Virus record (IMG/VR): IMGVR_UViG_3300007863_000018
Span: 1 to 25,573 of that record
Length of the DNA: 25,573 nucleotides
Direction: 5' to 3' (one strand)
Source of the DNA: a virus
Taxonomy: Duplodnaviria > Caudoviricetes
A model generated the notes under the pieces. The model made no database searches. It saw nothing but the letters and a program-made list of their open reading frames with translations, and was not told the DNA's origin. Of the stretch, positions 5,748-14,669 are shown piece by piece. The first letter of the stretch is position 1. Every line of letters begins with the position of its first letter. Made by a program: the position numbers and the translations under genes.

Positions 5748-5930
5748 TCAATCTATGTGCGCTCCGCTAGCTAGCCACTTGCAGGCAGCCTTGGTGCTTC
5801 CGTAAAGCCTGGTAAGGGAGTCAATAGCAACTAACAGCTGGGCGCGACTCATAGTTCGAGAATCTCGCCTGAGCCTCTCCATCACAATTTCTGTCTCAAG
5901 GCATGGCTCGATCATGGAATGCGTCTCCAA
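5748..5930 (-). CDS. Small helical protein, NblA-like (phycobilisome degradation adaptor-like)
   Basis: CLETEIVMERLRRDSRTMSRAQLLVAIDSLTRL resembles the NblA pattern L.LEQ.F......Q...MSREQL...L..L.R. Alternative ATG at 5915. Confidence 0.45.
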   Translation of the reverse strand: METHSMIEPCLETEIVMERLRRDSRTMSRAQLLVAIDSLTRLYGSTKAACKWLASGAHID

Positions 5931-5979
5931 TTGCGCAAAAGACTCCCAAAAGGCTAGCTAAGTGGCTCTTTTTAGGCCC

Positions 5980-6250
5980 TGATACGCTGAAAACCCTTGC
6001 GCTGCAGTGCCCGTATACAAACGTATCACTTGCCGATACGGGCAAACTCCTTGGCATGACTGGGAAGTATCAATAATAATAAATGTATCTATAAAATATA
6101 TATATATATATATATACTCTCTCTCACACACACACATATTCTCTCTCGCGCAAAAAAGCGATACACCGATACAAACCTTGCGCCGCAGTGAATGTCGGCG
6201 TATCGGTCGCGTATCGGTGCATCGCTGAAAGTGATACACGTTGGTATCAC
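5980..6250. repeat. Origin-like tract: 11 GATAC/GTATC pentamers around a (TA)n-(CT)n-(CA)n core
   Basis: Pentamers at 5981, 6023, 6035, 6067, 6085, 6160, 6168, 6200, 6211, 6233 and 6244. TA run at about 6096-6116. Directly downstream of the primase-helicase. Confidence 0.7.
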
Positions 6251-6261
6251 TAGGGTTTGGG

Positions 6262-8922
6262 TTAATCCGTGTCGACAATTTGACTAAGTTCAATCACTGT
6301 AGCCCGTGAAGACTTAGACCCGCTAAATCTGACCATTCCCGTGGATCCCTTTGCCCCAAAAACCCGCTTGAGGGCTTGCTTGTGAGCCCCACCAGACCAA
6401 GCCGTCTCGCTCAAAAGCCTTTCTAAATTTGTATTTGAATTCGCAACCATCATCGAACCAGACTGCAAGCGAATTCCATATCTACCCAGCACTTTGTCTG
6501 CAGTTTCGTCGGAACCATCAATTGTTCCCATCTTTGACCCGCAAAGACTTTCGATGAGATTCATGATTGTGAACCTTCTGCCGCCTTCAACGGCTATTAG
6601 CGACTCCAGGATTCTTGCTAAGCATTGGTCTTCATCGGCATCCCGTTCGTCACGACGTTGCGATGTCCAGTCAATTCCACAGCAGAAGGCAATTGCCTCC
6701 TCTTCTGAGACCTCTCGATCGCTGTCTGGGAGCAAGCTGAATGCACCTGCAAGCAGCGTGCCGTGTTGATCGCCAAAGCGTTGACCATGCTCAATTGAAA
6801 GGGCAGAAGCAAAGCGACGTGCATTCGCTCTGATAGTCGGGACCCTGGCCAGTGTCCGAGCCACAAGACTGCGGCCAGTTTCAGCAGTACAAAACTCTGA
6901 GATTTTGGCCTCTAACGGCAGCCAGTCGCCTTTCCCCTTCTGCAGAGTTAAAACACAAAAGCGATCACGGTCAGCACCTTGAACCAGTGATGCATTGATG
7001 GATGAAACGCAGAACATACTGCGAATTTCATATTGATTAGCAGCGCCTCCGCCAGAAGTACCTTTAATAATCTTGCCTCCTTCAGACGACGCAATCCTTG
7101 CCATTGCAAGAACATTGTCACGGTTCTGCTTTTCTCTCGAATCGTTCTGTTCAAACTCATCAAACAAAACAGGAATAGCGTCAGATCGTAAAGCTGCTCT
7201 TAGCCCCGGCTCTGTAGTTCCACCTGTTGCTGATTGAAAAATTCCACCTAGCAAGGGCTTAAGGAAACGACTAAGGATTGTGGTTTTGCCTGTACCTTTG
7301 CCACCGGTCACCCAAATATGAGAACGCCATTCAAGTGCCCCGCAAACAGGAGCAAGAACTACCCAGCCAGCCAGTAGGAATGCATATGACGGTGACTCCC
7401 AGGAAAAAGATTGTGCAAGCTTGAAAAGCTCCACTGAGATATCATCGCTTAACTCACGATCGCTAGGCCCATCAAGGGGTTTGGCGTGTTCATAAAAATA
7501 ATAACTGGACAAGCCCTCCGAAACTTTTTGCTCACGATTATCAACAATCATTCTCATACCAAGGTGAAAGATAACACGATGTGCATCTACCCATGCCCCG
7601 CGTCCTCTGATGCGGCCTGGGTCAAACACGCCCTTTTTGTATGACTCTTGCATCATCCATTCGATAGCACGATCCCAGTCGAGCTTGTCGTTGACAGTAA
7701 AATTGCGTTCCCAGAATTCAAGAGAACTTGTCAGAGATATTAAGTGCGGTTTGTTATGAGCTGATATAGATAGCTCAATGGCTTGCGAGCTGGCCCTTGG
7801 CATGTAGTAATGCTTGCCATGCTCATAGCCAAGGAACTGAAAAGGGATGACTGCATGGTGTTCTTCTGGAGCTTCATTGGGTTCTTCGATGTCAACATTT
7901 TGCGGAACTTCCCAACCATTTGCGATTGCAGTGTTGATTAGTTTGCTGATCGATGCCCTGATTGGAGCATCACCAATTGAGAGAATTTTCTTTGCTGGCT
8001 CCCATGTGCCGGGGGACTGCCAATCAGCTTCAAGAACGATGTCTTGGGCGAGTGACTGGCCAAAGTGGTGAGTCAAGGCGGCAAGACAAGCAAAGCAAAT
8101 GGGATAGGTGCCTTGGCCAGACTCAGTGCGGAGTGGAATGTAGTTGCGAAGGATTTCGACAGCCAGTGATCTTTGTTCTGCAGGTGGCAGTTTTGAGAAC
8201 CAGTGGTGAGAAGGCTCTGCAGGTCGGTTGCCGCGCTGAAAGATGGTTGGAGCAGCTGCGCCGATTTCGTCTGCCGTAAAGGTTTCAGTGCCAATAGTGG
8301 CAATGATGGTGCGTTCACCAGTGCTTGGGTGAATGCCACCCGGAAGCCGCATGACGCGACTGGCGTTAGAAATGGCTTTATCAGGTTTGGAATCAGGGGC
8401 AACGATTTCGATAGCAGTTGCTATTCGGCGCTGCAGGTCCGAAAAATCCTGAATATCTGGTTCTTGGCCTGGAGTAAACAGCCAATAATGATGGAGAGAT
8501 TTACCGCCTGTCCAAACGGAAACTGTTGGTTCAGGGAGACCTGCCATTGCAGGCAACGCTGCTTGAGCCTCACGATCTAGGTTGCCGTCGCATTCAGCAA
8601 AGCAAGCAATTGCGTGCTCGATGTGGGCATTAGATGCACCCCAAGCTTTTAGTTCCCCAGCACGGTTTATATGCTCCGGCTTAGTGCCCCAGACTGAAGG
8701 CTGATCTGAAGGCGGATTAACGATAAAACCAAGGTTGCTACCAGAGTTTCGAGCAAGGATGCGCTCGATTTTGTTGCGTGGGATGTCTTCGGCATCAGCC
8801 TTGACATGGATGCAAGGCCGTGATGGATCTGAGGGATAAACAGCAAAAACGATGGGGCCGGTACTGCGTCCTATGGCTTCAAGGAATTCTTCAGTGATGG
8901 ACCAGTCGATAAGGGATTTCAT
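6262..8922 (-). CDS. Primase-helicase: RepB-like AEP primase, PriCT-like helical domain and P-loop NTPase
   Basis: FAECDG, WTGGKSLHHYW and SRVMRLPG (AEP primase motifs). Walker A VTGGKGTGKTT and Walker B PVLFDEFE. Confidence 0.88.
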   Translation of the reverse strand: MKSLIDWSITEEFLEAIGRSTGPIVFAVYPSDPSRPCIHVKADAEDIPRNKIERILARNSGSNLGFIVNPPSDQPSVWGTKPEHINRAGELKAWGASNAHIEHAIACFAECDGNLDREAQAALPAMAGLPEPTVSVWTGGKSLHHYWLFTPGQEPDIQDFSDLQRRIATAIEIVAPDSKPDKAISNASRVMRLPGGIHPSTGERTIIATIGTETFTADEIGAAAPTIFQRGNRPAEPSHHWFSKLPPAEQRSLAVEILRNYIPLRTESGQGTYPICFACLAALTHHFGQSLAQDIVLEADWQSPGTWEPAKKILSIGDAPIRASISKLINTAIANGWEVPQNVDIEEPNEAPEEHHAVIPFQFLGYEHGKHYYMPRASSQAIELSISAHNKPHLISLTSSLEFWERNFTVNDKLDWDRAIEWMMQESYKKGVFDPGRIRGRGAWVDAHRVIFHLGMRMIVDNREQKVSEGLSSYYFYEHAKPLDGPSDRELSDDISVELFKLAQSFSWESPSYAFLLAGWVVLAPVCGALEWRSHIWVTGGKGTGKTTILSRFLKPLLGGIFQSATGGTTEPGLRAALRSDAIPVLFDEFEQNDSREKQNRDNVLAMARIASSEGGKIIKGTSGGGAANQYEIRSMFCVSSINASLVQGADRDRFCVLTLQKGKGDWLPLEAKISEFCTAETGRSLVARTLARVPTIRANARRFASALSIEHGQRFGDQHGTLLAGAFSLLPDSDREVSEEEAIAFCCGIDWTSQRRDERDADEDQCLARILESLIAVEGGRRFTIMNLIESLCGSKMGTIDGSDETADKVLGRYGIRLQSGSMMVANSNTNLERLLSETAWSGGAHKQALKRVFGAKGSTGMVRFSGSKSSRATVIELSQIVDTD

Positions 8923-9020
8923 AAATCGCCACAGTGGCGTTGCTATTAGAGCAGTTTTAAACGGTAGCGCAACTATGCGTTACTGTTCGCTGCATCATGC
9001 CATAGCAAATCTAAGAGCGG

Positions 9021-9049
9021 TTGCGTTTTGAAGTCGAAGGGCGTATGCT
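9021..9049 (+). promoter_or_regulatory. Sigma70-type promoter TTGCGT-17-TATGCT in the divergent intergenic region
   Basis: Exact 17-bp spacing, upstream of the plus-strand operon. Confidence 0.55.
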
Positions 9050-9067
9050 TGCAGGGATCTTTCAGGC

Positions 9068-9469
9068 TTGCAGGTGACTTCTTATTTCCCAGGTCAAGAC
9101 TCTCTCGTCACTGTCCTTAGATACAAAGTCGTTATTGAAGAAATTGTTGTCAGCAAGGAAAAGTTTGATGAGTACAACTTGCAAGCAGGCTTTGAAGATA
9201 AGGACAGGTTCGGAGAAACGGTTGAAGAGTTTCTTGAAACCAAAGACAACAAGTTTCAAGACTGGGGATGGGGGTCCCCTTCTTTGATGTCGGACCCTCG
9301 TGACTTTGTTGGCGAAAGTGGTGAAGGATATATTGCCTTTAAAGGCAACGTTACTTTTGGTAGTGATGACTTGTTCCCAATAAATCATGACTCTTGGTCG
9401 AATGACGAGTTCTCCCCAATACCTTTTGAGAACAATGACTATTTTGACAGTATTGGGCTTGGTAGATGA
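9068..9469 (+). CDS. Highly acidic hypothetical protein
   Basis: First gene after the promoter. TTG (9068) or GTG (9074) start. D/E-rich. Confidence 0.7.
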   Translation: MQVTSYFPGQDSLVTVLRYKVVIEEIVVSKEKFDEYNLQAGFEDKDRFGETVEEFLETKDNKFQDWGWGSPSLMSDPRDFVGESGEGYIAFKGNVTFGSDDLFPINHDSWSNDEFSPIPFENNDYFDSIGLGR

Positions 9470-9723
9470 AAAAAGTCACTGAATTTGAGCTTATGCAGGC
9501 TCTTTGGGATTGCAGCTGTTATGTCAGCGATCTACCTACTAAGGAGGAAGCGATTGCAGTCAAAAATGGTGTTTCTAATGTCCTCTACAGGTGGATTCAA
9601 CAGCAAGAGCTTTCTGATAATGAGAAAAATGAGCTTAGCGAGAAAGTTATCACTCCCGGTCCTTTAGAGAAGGCTGCTCAAAAAGCATTATCCAAGCGTC
9701 ATCCTTCTTCAACATTTTCATGA
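9466..9723 (+). CDS. Hypothetical protein (85 aa)
   Basis: ATGA overlaps at both ends. Confidence 0.75.
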   Translation: MKKVTEFELMQALWDCSCYVSDLPTKEEAIAVKNGVSNVLYRWIQQQELSDNEKNELSEKVITPGPLEKAAQKALSKRHPSSTFS

Positions 9724-11111
9724 CCCTCCGCCCCCGTCAAGCCCAGGCAATTAATGACATCAGGGCTGCCTACAGGTCTGGGTATAGGGCACCGATTCTG
9801 TGTGCTGCTACTGGCTTTGGCAAGACCCATACGAGTGCTGAGATCATCCGCAGTGCGCTTGAGAAAGGCAAGACTGTTTGGTTTTTGGCCCACCTTCGCG
9901 AGATTTTAGAAGATACGGCTAATCGCCTTCGTTCTGTCAATATTCCATTTGGCGAGATTGCGGCTGGCAGACCCCGTGAATATCATCGCCGGGTTCAAAT
10001 CGTAAGCGTGCAAACTGCCGTAAGGCGTGACGATTTGCCATCGCCAGACCTTGTCATTGTTGATGAGTGCCACCTTGCGGCAGCAAAAACTTATAAAGTC
10101 GTGCTGGGCAAAATTGGAAACCCACCACTTCTTGGGCTTACTGGCACGCCATGCCGTTTAGACGGCAAAGGGCTTAATCAGATCTTTGACGAAATCGTTC
10201 CAACATGCGGCACTAACGCCTTAATCAAAGAGGGCCTTTTGGCTCCAATTAAGTATTTTGCTCCGCATCGTCCAGACCTTACAGGGCTCAGGATGCAAGC
10301 CGGTGACTATAAGCAGCAAGATATTGATGATGCAATGGACCGGTCAACCATTACTGGCGATGTGATCAAGCATTACCAGAAACATTGTGACGGCAAAAGA
10401 GCAGTAGCGTTCTGCACTTCGATTAAACATGCACAGCATGTCGCCGCTGAATTTCAAGCTCAGGGCTATAAAGCTTTAGCCCTATCAGGGAAAAGCACGC
10501 GAGCCGAAAGGGGTGAAGCATTGACGGGCTTGCGCGATGGAACGCTGCAAGTCGTTTGCAACGCCCAGCTTTGGGTAGCTGGTGTTGATGTGCCGCAGAT
10601 CGAGTGCATTATTTTGCTACGTCCCACCAAAAGCTTGACTTTCTACTTGCAATCAATAGGTCGCGGCCTGCGAACGTCACCTGACAGTGGCAAGAAGCAT
10701 TTAACAGTTCTTGATCATGCCGGATCCATTTTTGAGCATGGCCCCCCGGACATGGAAAGGAAGTGGAGCTTGCAAGGACGCAAGAAACGTGGAGAGCAAG
10801 CGCCCCCTGTCAAGCAGTGTCCTGCTTGCTTTTGTGCGCATGAACCAGCGCCAGTTTGCCCTGAATGTGGATACGAATATCCAACTCCTGAGCGAAATGG
10901 ACCCGCTGAGGTTGATGGTGAGCTTAGTGAAATTGATATGAGACAAGCCGCAACATTGGAGAGGCTGCAAAAACAAAAAACACAGATAGCAAAACGTGCT
11001 GAGCAGGGTAGAGCTAAGTCGCTGGAACAGTTGATTGCCTTAGGTAAGTCCAGGAATTACAGCTACCCGGTAGCATGGGCAAAGAAAATAATGGCATCGC
11101 GGCACTTTTGA
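9720..11111 (+). CDS. SF2 DExH helicase (ResIII/RadD-YejH-like) with a C-terminal Zn ribbon
   Basis: LRPRQ, ATGFGKT, IVDECH, GLTGTP, GVDVP, QSIGRGLR and CPAC...CPECG. Confidence 0.95.
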   Translation: MTLRPRQAQAINDIRAAYRSGYRAPILCAATGFGKTHTSAEIIRSALEKGKTVWFLAHLREILEDTANRLRSVNIPFGEIAAGRPREYHRRVQIVSVQTAVRRDDLPSPDLVIVDECHLAAAKTYKVVLGKIGNPPLLGLTGTPCRLDGKGLNQIFDEIVPTCGTNALIKEGLLAPIKYFAPHRPDLTGLRMQAGDYKQQDIDDAMDRSTITGDVIKHYQKHCDGKRAVAFCTSIKHAQHVAAEFQAQGYKALALSGKSTRAERGEALTGLRDGTLQVVCNAQLWVAGVDVPQIECIILLRPTKSLTFYLQSIGRGLRTSPDSGKKHLTVLDHAGSIFEHGPPDMERKWSLQGRKKRGEQAPPVKQCPACFCAHEPAPVCPECGYEYPTPERNGPAEVDGELSEIDMRQAATLERLQKQKTQIAKRAEQGRAKSLEQLIALGKSRNYSYPVAWAKKIMASRHF

Positions 11112-11455
11112 GCGAAACCAGGATTCAACAAGAGATCAGACTGGCTTGTAGTCGCGGCCCAGTGAGGCTATGGCGCAATAACTCTGGGAGCCTGCCGGAC
11201 CCAAGGACAGGAAGGTATGTACAGTTTGGCGTTGGAAGTCCTGGTGGTAGCGACTTAATTGGCTATAGGAAAGTGACCATAACCCCTGAGATGTGTGGAA
11301 TGGAGATTCCTGTATTTACAGCCATTGAGGTAAAAACCGCAAAAGGCAAAGCGACCGAACCACAAAAAGCATTTATTGAACACGTTCGCAACGCAGGCGG
11401 AATTGCAGGAGTTGCGAGATCAGTTGACGAAGCTAAATCCATACTGCTAAGCTAA
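11108..11455 (+). CDS. VRR-NUC domain PD-(D/E)XK nuclease
   Basis: ETRIQQEI, GGSDLIG, AIEVKT..GK....Q and GGIAGVARS. TTG start overlapping the helicase stop. Confidence 0.9.
   Translation: MSETRIQQEIRLACSRGPVRLWRNNSGSLPDPRTGRYVQFGVGSPGGSDLIGYRKVTITPEMCGMEIPVFTAIEVKTAKGKATEPQKAFIEHVRNAGGIAGVARSVDEAKSILLS
11424..11453 (+). promoter_or_regulatory. Promoter TTGACG-18-TAAGCT with extended TG
   Basis: Precedes the cluster of small ORFs starting at 11476. Confidence 0.45.
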
Positions 11456-11475
11456 CGATTGATGCAACTATTTTT

Positions 11476-11577
11476 ATGACGCCTGCCTTTATCCAGTATT
11501 TGCAACAGCAATACGCAGCTGCCATGCGTATTGCAAAGCAAAAAGCCAAAGCAAAAGAGTCAAAATCACAGGACTAG
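11476..11577 (+). CDS. Small ORF, 33 aa (MTPAFIQYLQQQYAAAMRIAKQKAKAKESKSQD)
   Basis: Hand translation. Fills the gap after a promoter. Confidence 0.5.
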   Translation: MTPAFIQYLQQQYAAAMRIAKQKAKAKESKSQD

Positions 11578-11585
11578 GAAAACCC

Positions 11586-11768
11586 ATGGGCACACTTTAT
11601 TTTTGCGTGGCTTGCGAAAGCCCTGGACAGGATCGGAAATATGTTGAGGTTATGGCTCGATCGGAGCAGCAAGCAATTCACAAGGCTTCTCAGATCCACC
11701 GCAATCGGAAAACTTACAGGCTTTTAATTCCTGAGCCAGTTGTCAGGTTACAGGAAACAACTTTTTGA
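11586..11768 (+). CDS. Hypothetical protein (60 aa)
   Basis: AGGA upstream and coupled to the next gene. Confidence 0.65.
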   Translation: MGTLYFCVACESPGQDRKYVEVMARSEQQAIHKASQIHRNRKTYRLLIPEPVVRLQETTF

Positions 11769-11983
11769 TTGATTGGGGCAAGCTAATGAGTGACGCAGGT
11801 ATACCTGAATCGCCTGGAAGGGTAGAAGCTTCTGAGGTTTACAGGTATCTAGCGACCTTCATGGAAGCCAAGGCCGGGTCAGAGCATTCTGTAATCATTG
11901 AGGCTATGAGCTACCACGGCGCACTAAAAAAACTTAAGGGCCGTTCAAAAAGATTGCTTTCATTGGTGAGAATTAATGACTAA
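11765..11983 (+). CDS. Hypothetical cyanophage-type protein (W...AGIPESPGR motif)
   Basis: TTGA overlap with the upstream gene and an N-terminal motif of cyanophage type. Confidence 0.7.
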   Translation: MIDWGKLMSDAGIPESPGRVEASEVYRYLATFMEAKAGSEHSVIIEAMSYHGALKKLKGRSKRLLSLVRIND

Positions 11984-12057
11984 TTTTGAGGCCAATCGTC
12001 TAATCGCAGAATTAGACAAACAATTACTTGAACTTTACTATTGGAGAATTAATCCAC

Positions 12058-12741
12058 ATGACCATGAAAGTCCTGATCATCGACACGGAGACAACTGGCT
12101 TGACTCCAGCCGAGAACAGAGTCATTGAGCTAGGAGCAGTTCTCTTTGACGTTGAGTTGCGTTCAATAATTTGTCAAATTTCATTCTTGCTTCCTACGTT
12201 GAGCAATGCCGCTGAAGCCATTAATCGCATTAAGCCCGAGCTGACTATGCGATCTCCAGATTTGACCGGTCCAATGGCGGCATCGTTTTGGGCGATGGTG
12301 GCTGAGGCAGATTATGCGGTCGCACATAACGCGGCTTTTGATTCTCAATGGTTTGGAGGTCAGAATTCTTTGCCTTCGATGCCTTTGCGTTGGATTTGCT
12401 CAATGGACGATATTCGCTGGCCCATGAACCCTAAGAAAGGCCGCTGCTCTGTTGTTTCCTTGTGCTTGGCCTATGGAGTGCCGGTCTGGAATGCCCACAG
12501 GGCTCTTACTGACTGCATTTACTTGGCTGAGATCATGAAAAGAGAGCCAGGGCTTGAGCAGCTGATCCAATCTGCTTTAGAGCCTCGTCATTTGTATATC
12601 AGCAACTTGGGCTACGAACAGCGGCAGCTTTGCAAGGATAATGGCTTCACTTGGAATGCCTTGGTGCCGAAAATGTGGGCCAAAAGGATGACCGCCAATG
12701 AAGCGCAGTCGCTTAGCTTCTCGGTTTCTATTGCAGAGTAG
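12058..12741 (+). CDS. DEDDh 3'-5' exonuclease (DnaQ/epsilon-like) with a DUF5710-like C-terminus
   Basis: ExoI IIDTETTG, ExoII AHNAAFD and ExoIII HRALTD. C-terminal K.NGFTWN...KMW. Confidence 0.92.
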   Translation: MTMKVLIIDTETTGLTPAENRVIELGAVLFDVELRSIICQISFLLPTLSNAAEAINRIKPELTMRSPDLTGPMAASFWAMVAEADYAVAHNAAFDSQWFGGQNSLPSMPLRWICSMDDIRWPMNPKKGRCSVVSLCLAYGVPVWNAHRALTDCIYLAEIMKREPGLEQLIQSALEPRHLYISNLGYEQRQLCKDNGFTWNALVPKMWAKRMTANEAQSLSFSVSIAE

Positions 12742-12759
12742 TCGAAACAATGATACAAT
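12731..12759 (+). promoter_or_regulatory. Promoter TTGCAG-17-TACAAT with extended TG
   Basis: Near-consensus elements with 17-bp spacing before the ATG at 12788. Confidence 0.65.
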
Positions 12760-12787
12760 TTGCACTGCAAACCCTTTTGCGATTTTT

Positions 12788-12982
12788 ATGCCACAGAGCG
12801 CTGTGCCTATAGCTGTCAAAGTTCGAGCTTTGGCCTTGGTTCACGAAGATGGCGAGTATGCCGTCATTGGGTATCCAGACGCCACTGACGAAGGACTTAT
12901 CAAAGAGGCAGAGCTGTTGATTGGAGATGGCGCGATACGTCGTCATTGGATTGAAATGGAACTTGAATTACCAAACAAATGA
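12788..12982 (+). CDS. Hypothetical protein (64 aa)
   Basis: ATG at 12788 after the promoter. ATGA-coupled to the exonuclease. Confidence 0.7.
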   Translation: MPQSAVPIAVKVRALALVHEDGEYAVIGYPDATDEGLIKEAELLIGDGAIRRHWIEMELELPNK

Positions 12983-13809
12983 ATTATCACGACCATCCTG
13001 CGCTTTCAGCCAGCAAGTTAAAGAAATACGCTTGCGGCACTGCAATTGACTACTGGGCGGCCTATGAAGACCCTGACCGAATGCCCGTTGCACCGTCTGA
13101 TGCAATGCGTCAAGGCAGCCTGGTTGACTGTTTGATTACTGAGCCTGAAAAGTTCAGCCGAAAATACGTTGTGGCTCCACGAGTTGATCGCCGCACTAAA
13201 GCAGGAAAAGAAGCTTGGGCAGAGGCCCAAGAACTTGCTCGTTCTAAATGCGCTGACTTAATTACTGAAGAATGGAGCCATACAGCTGACTTAATTGCCA
13301 GCAATCTTGAGAACGATCCTATTGCTTCTGAGTTCTTACAAGGCGTAGGGCAAGTGCCTCACTTCTGGAATGACGCAAATCACGATATTGAATGCCGTTA
13401 CTTGCCTGATCTTGAGCTTCCAGAGGAAGGGCTTTTGGTAGATCTCAAGAAAGCTCGTAGCGCATGCCCTAGGGATTTTGCTAGGCAATCATTCGCCTTG
13501 GGATATGACATTCAAGTCGCTCACTATGCTGAGGGCTTTTTGGACCGACATGGTTCCTACCCAAAAAAGATCGTATTACTGGCCTATGAGTGGGCTTGGC
13601 CTTTTAATTTCAGCGTAAATATCATTAGCGATGAATTACTAGAAATTGGGCGTCAGCGTCGTGATGATGCGATTGACGGCATCAAATCTTGCCGTGGCAT
13701 TAATGAATGGCCTTCATGGGGGATCAACACTATGGAAGCTCCTCGCTGGTATCAGGCTGATGATCCGGCCAATGACACCGATGTTGCTGATTTATTGGAG
13801 GGAGTCTGA
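12979..13809 (+). CDS. RecE/exonuclease VIII-like PD-(D/E)XK exonuclease (DUF3799 type)
   Basis: YH...ALSAS.LK, G...DC..TEP, DRRTKAGK, LPD...LVDLKK and GYDIQVAHY. Confidence 0.88.
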   Translation: MNYHDHPALSASKLKKYACGTAIDYWAAYEDPDRMPVAPSDAMRQGSLVDCLITEPEKFSRKYVVAPRVDRRTKAGKEAWAEAQELARSKCADLITEEWSHTADLIASNLENDPIASEFLQGVGQVPHFWNDANHDIECRYLPDLELPEEGLLVDLKKARSACPRDFARQSFALGYDIQVAHYAEGFLDRHGSYPKKIVLLAYEWAWPFNFSVNIISDELLEIGRQRRDDAIDGIKSCRGINEWPSWGINTMEAPRWYQADDPANDTDVADLLEGV

Positions 13810-14366
13810 TGAAATTTATAGGAGACTTAATGGAAGCAATGTGGCTCAAAGCCTTTATGTTCCCGGCTTCAGGGCGTATGACTCTCACGATCAAAGAAGT
13901 TCGCAAGGCCGAAGTGGCATTTGAAGGCCAAGAGCCAAAAATGCAAGCGATTCTGTCGTTTGAGGAAATAAATGCTGAGTTGACCTTGGCCAAAATCAAT
14001 GCCATCCCTTTGATCAAGCTTTTAGGCAATGACGTTTCGCTATGGACGGGGAAGCGTGTGACTTTTTACGCAACCAATCAAGTCATGCCTCACCCTTTGC
14101 ACAAGGATGAACCTTGCATTCGCGTTTATGGCAGCCCTGAAATTGAAGAAGAAATTGCCTGCGAATGGACGCCACCCAAGCGCCGCAAGATTGTGCAAAC
14201 GCTTCATCCGACCGGCGTCTTTAAGCCTGCCTTAAGAAAAATTGAGGAGGCTGACCCTTCTCAACTTGATTCGATCCGACAGCGCATTTCAGAGCTAAGA
14301 GCATCGAATGATCTTTCAGAGGAGGAAAGCAATGAGCTTATTGCAAAAATCATAAGCTTGAGTTAA
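13809..14366 (+). CDS. Conserved phage protein next to the exonuclease; candidate ssDNA-annealing/binding partner
   Basis: LTIKEV, L.LAKINA..L..L.G.D...WTGKRVTFY and IRVY. Occupies the usual recombinase slot. Confidence 0.55.
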   Translation: MKFIGDLMEAMWLKAFMFPASGRMTLTIKEVRKAEVAFEGQEPKMQAILSFEEINAELTLAKINAIPLIKLLGNDVSLWTGKRVTFYATNQVMPHPLHKDEPCIRVYGSPEIEEEIACEWTPPKRRKIVQTLHPTGVFKPALRKIEEADPSQLDSIRQRISELRASNDLSEEESNELIAKIISLS

Positions 14367-14369
14367 AGT
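14341..14369 (+). promoter_or_regulatory. Promoter TTGCAA-17-TAAAGT
   Basis: 17-bp spacing, 25 nt before the ATG at 14394. Confidence 0.5.
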
Positions 14370-14393
14370 ATTTCTTGCAAGCCAAGACCTTTT

Positions 14394-14669
14394 ATGTCTT
14401 CTATCGAAGTTGTGAGTGCTGCTGATATTCCAGCACGCACAAGCCGACACAGTAAAACGAGCCCATTAAGAGAAAAAATTGCTTCTCTTAATCCTGAGAC
14501 CAGCCTTTTTGTTCTTTACTACAACAAGCAAATCGGAGAAGGCTACAAAGCCAGCACTATCGCCCAAATCGCTGGTCGCATGTCCAAAGAGTCTGATCAG
14601 TACAAGTACAGCATTCAATCCGAGGCAGCCAAAAAAGGTTGTTACATCATCTGTAAAGCAAAATCATGA
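14394..14669 (+). CDS. Hypothetical small basic protein, possibly DNA-binding
   Basis: ATG start and coupled to the next gene. Confidence 0.7.
   Translation: MSSIEVVSAADIPARTSRHSKTSPLREKIASLNPETSLFVLYYNKQIGEGYKASTIAQIAGRMSKESDQYKYSIQSEAAKKGCYIICKAKS

Noticed and set aside
6096-6147. Eukaryotic contamination suggested by (TA)n/(CA)n runs
   Set aside because: The runs are short and embedded in a coherent, intron-free, densely coding phage context.
5958-6293. ORFs 5958..6293 (-) and 6007..6228 (+)
   Set aside because: They cross dinucleotide microsatellites (YIYIYI, THTH). The region is better explained as a non-coding origin-like tract.
6494-8580. Alternative-frame and antisense ORFs inside the primase-helicase, and similar shadow ORFs in the helicase, thyX, dcd, peptidase and tail fibre
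   Set aside because: They are fully nested in genes with strong motif support and carry no recognisable motifs.
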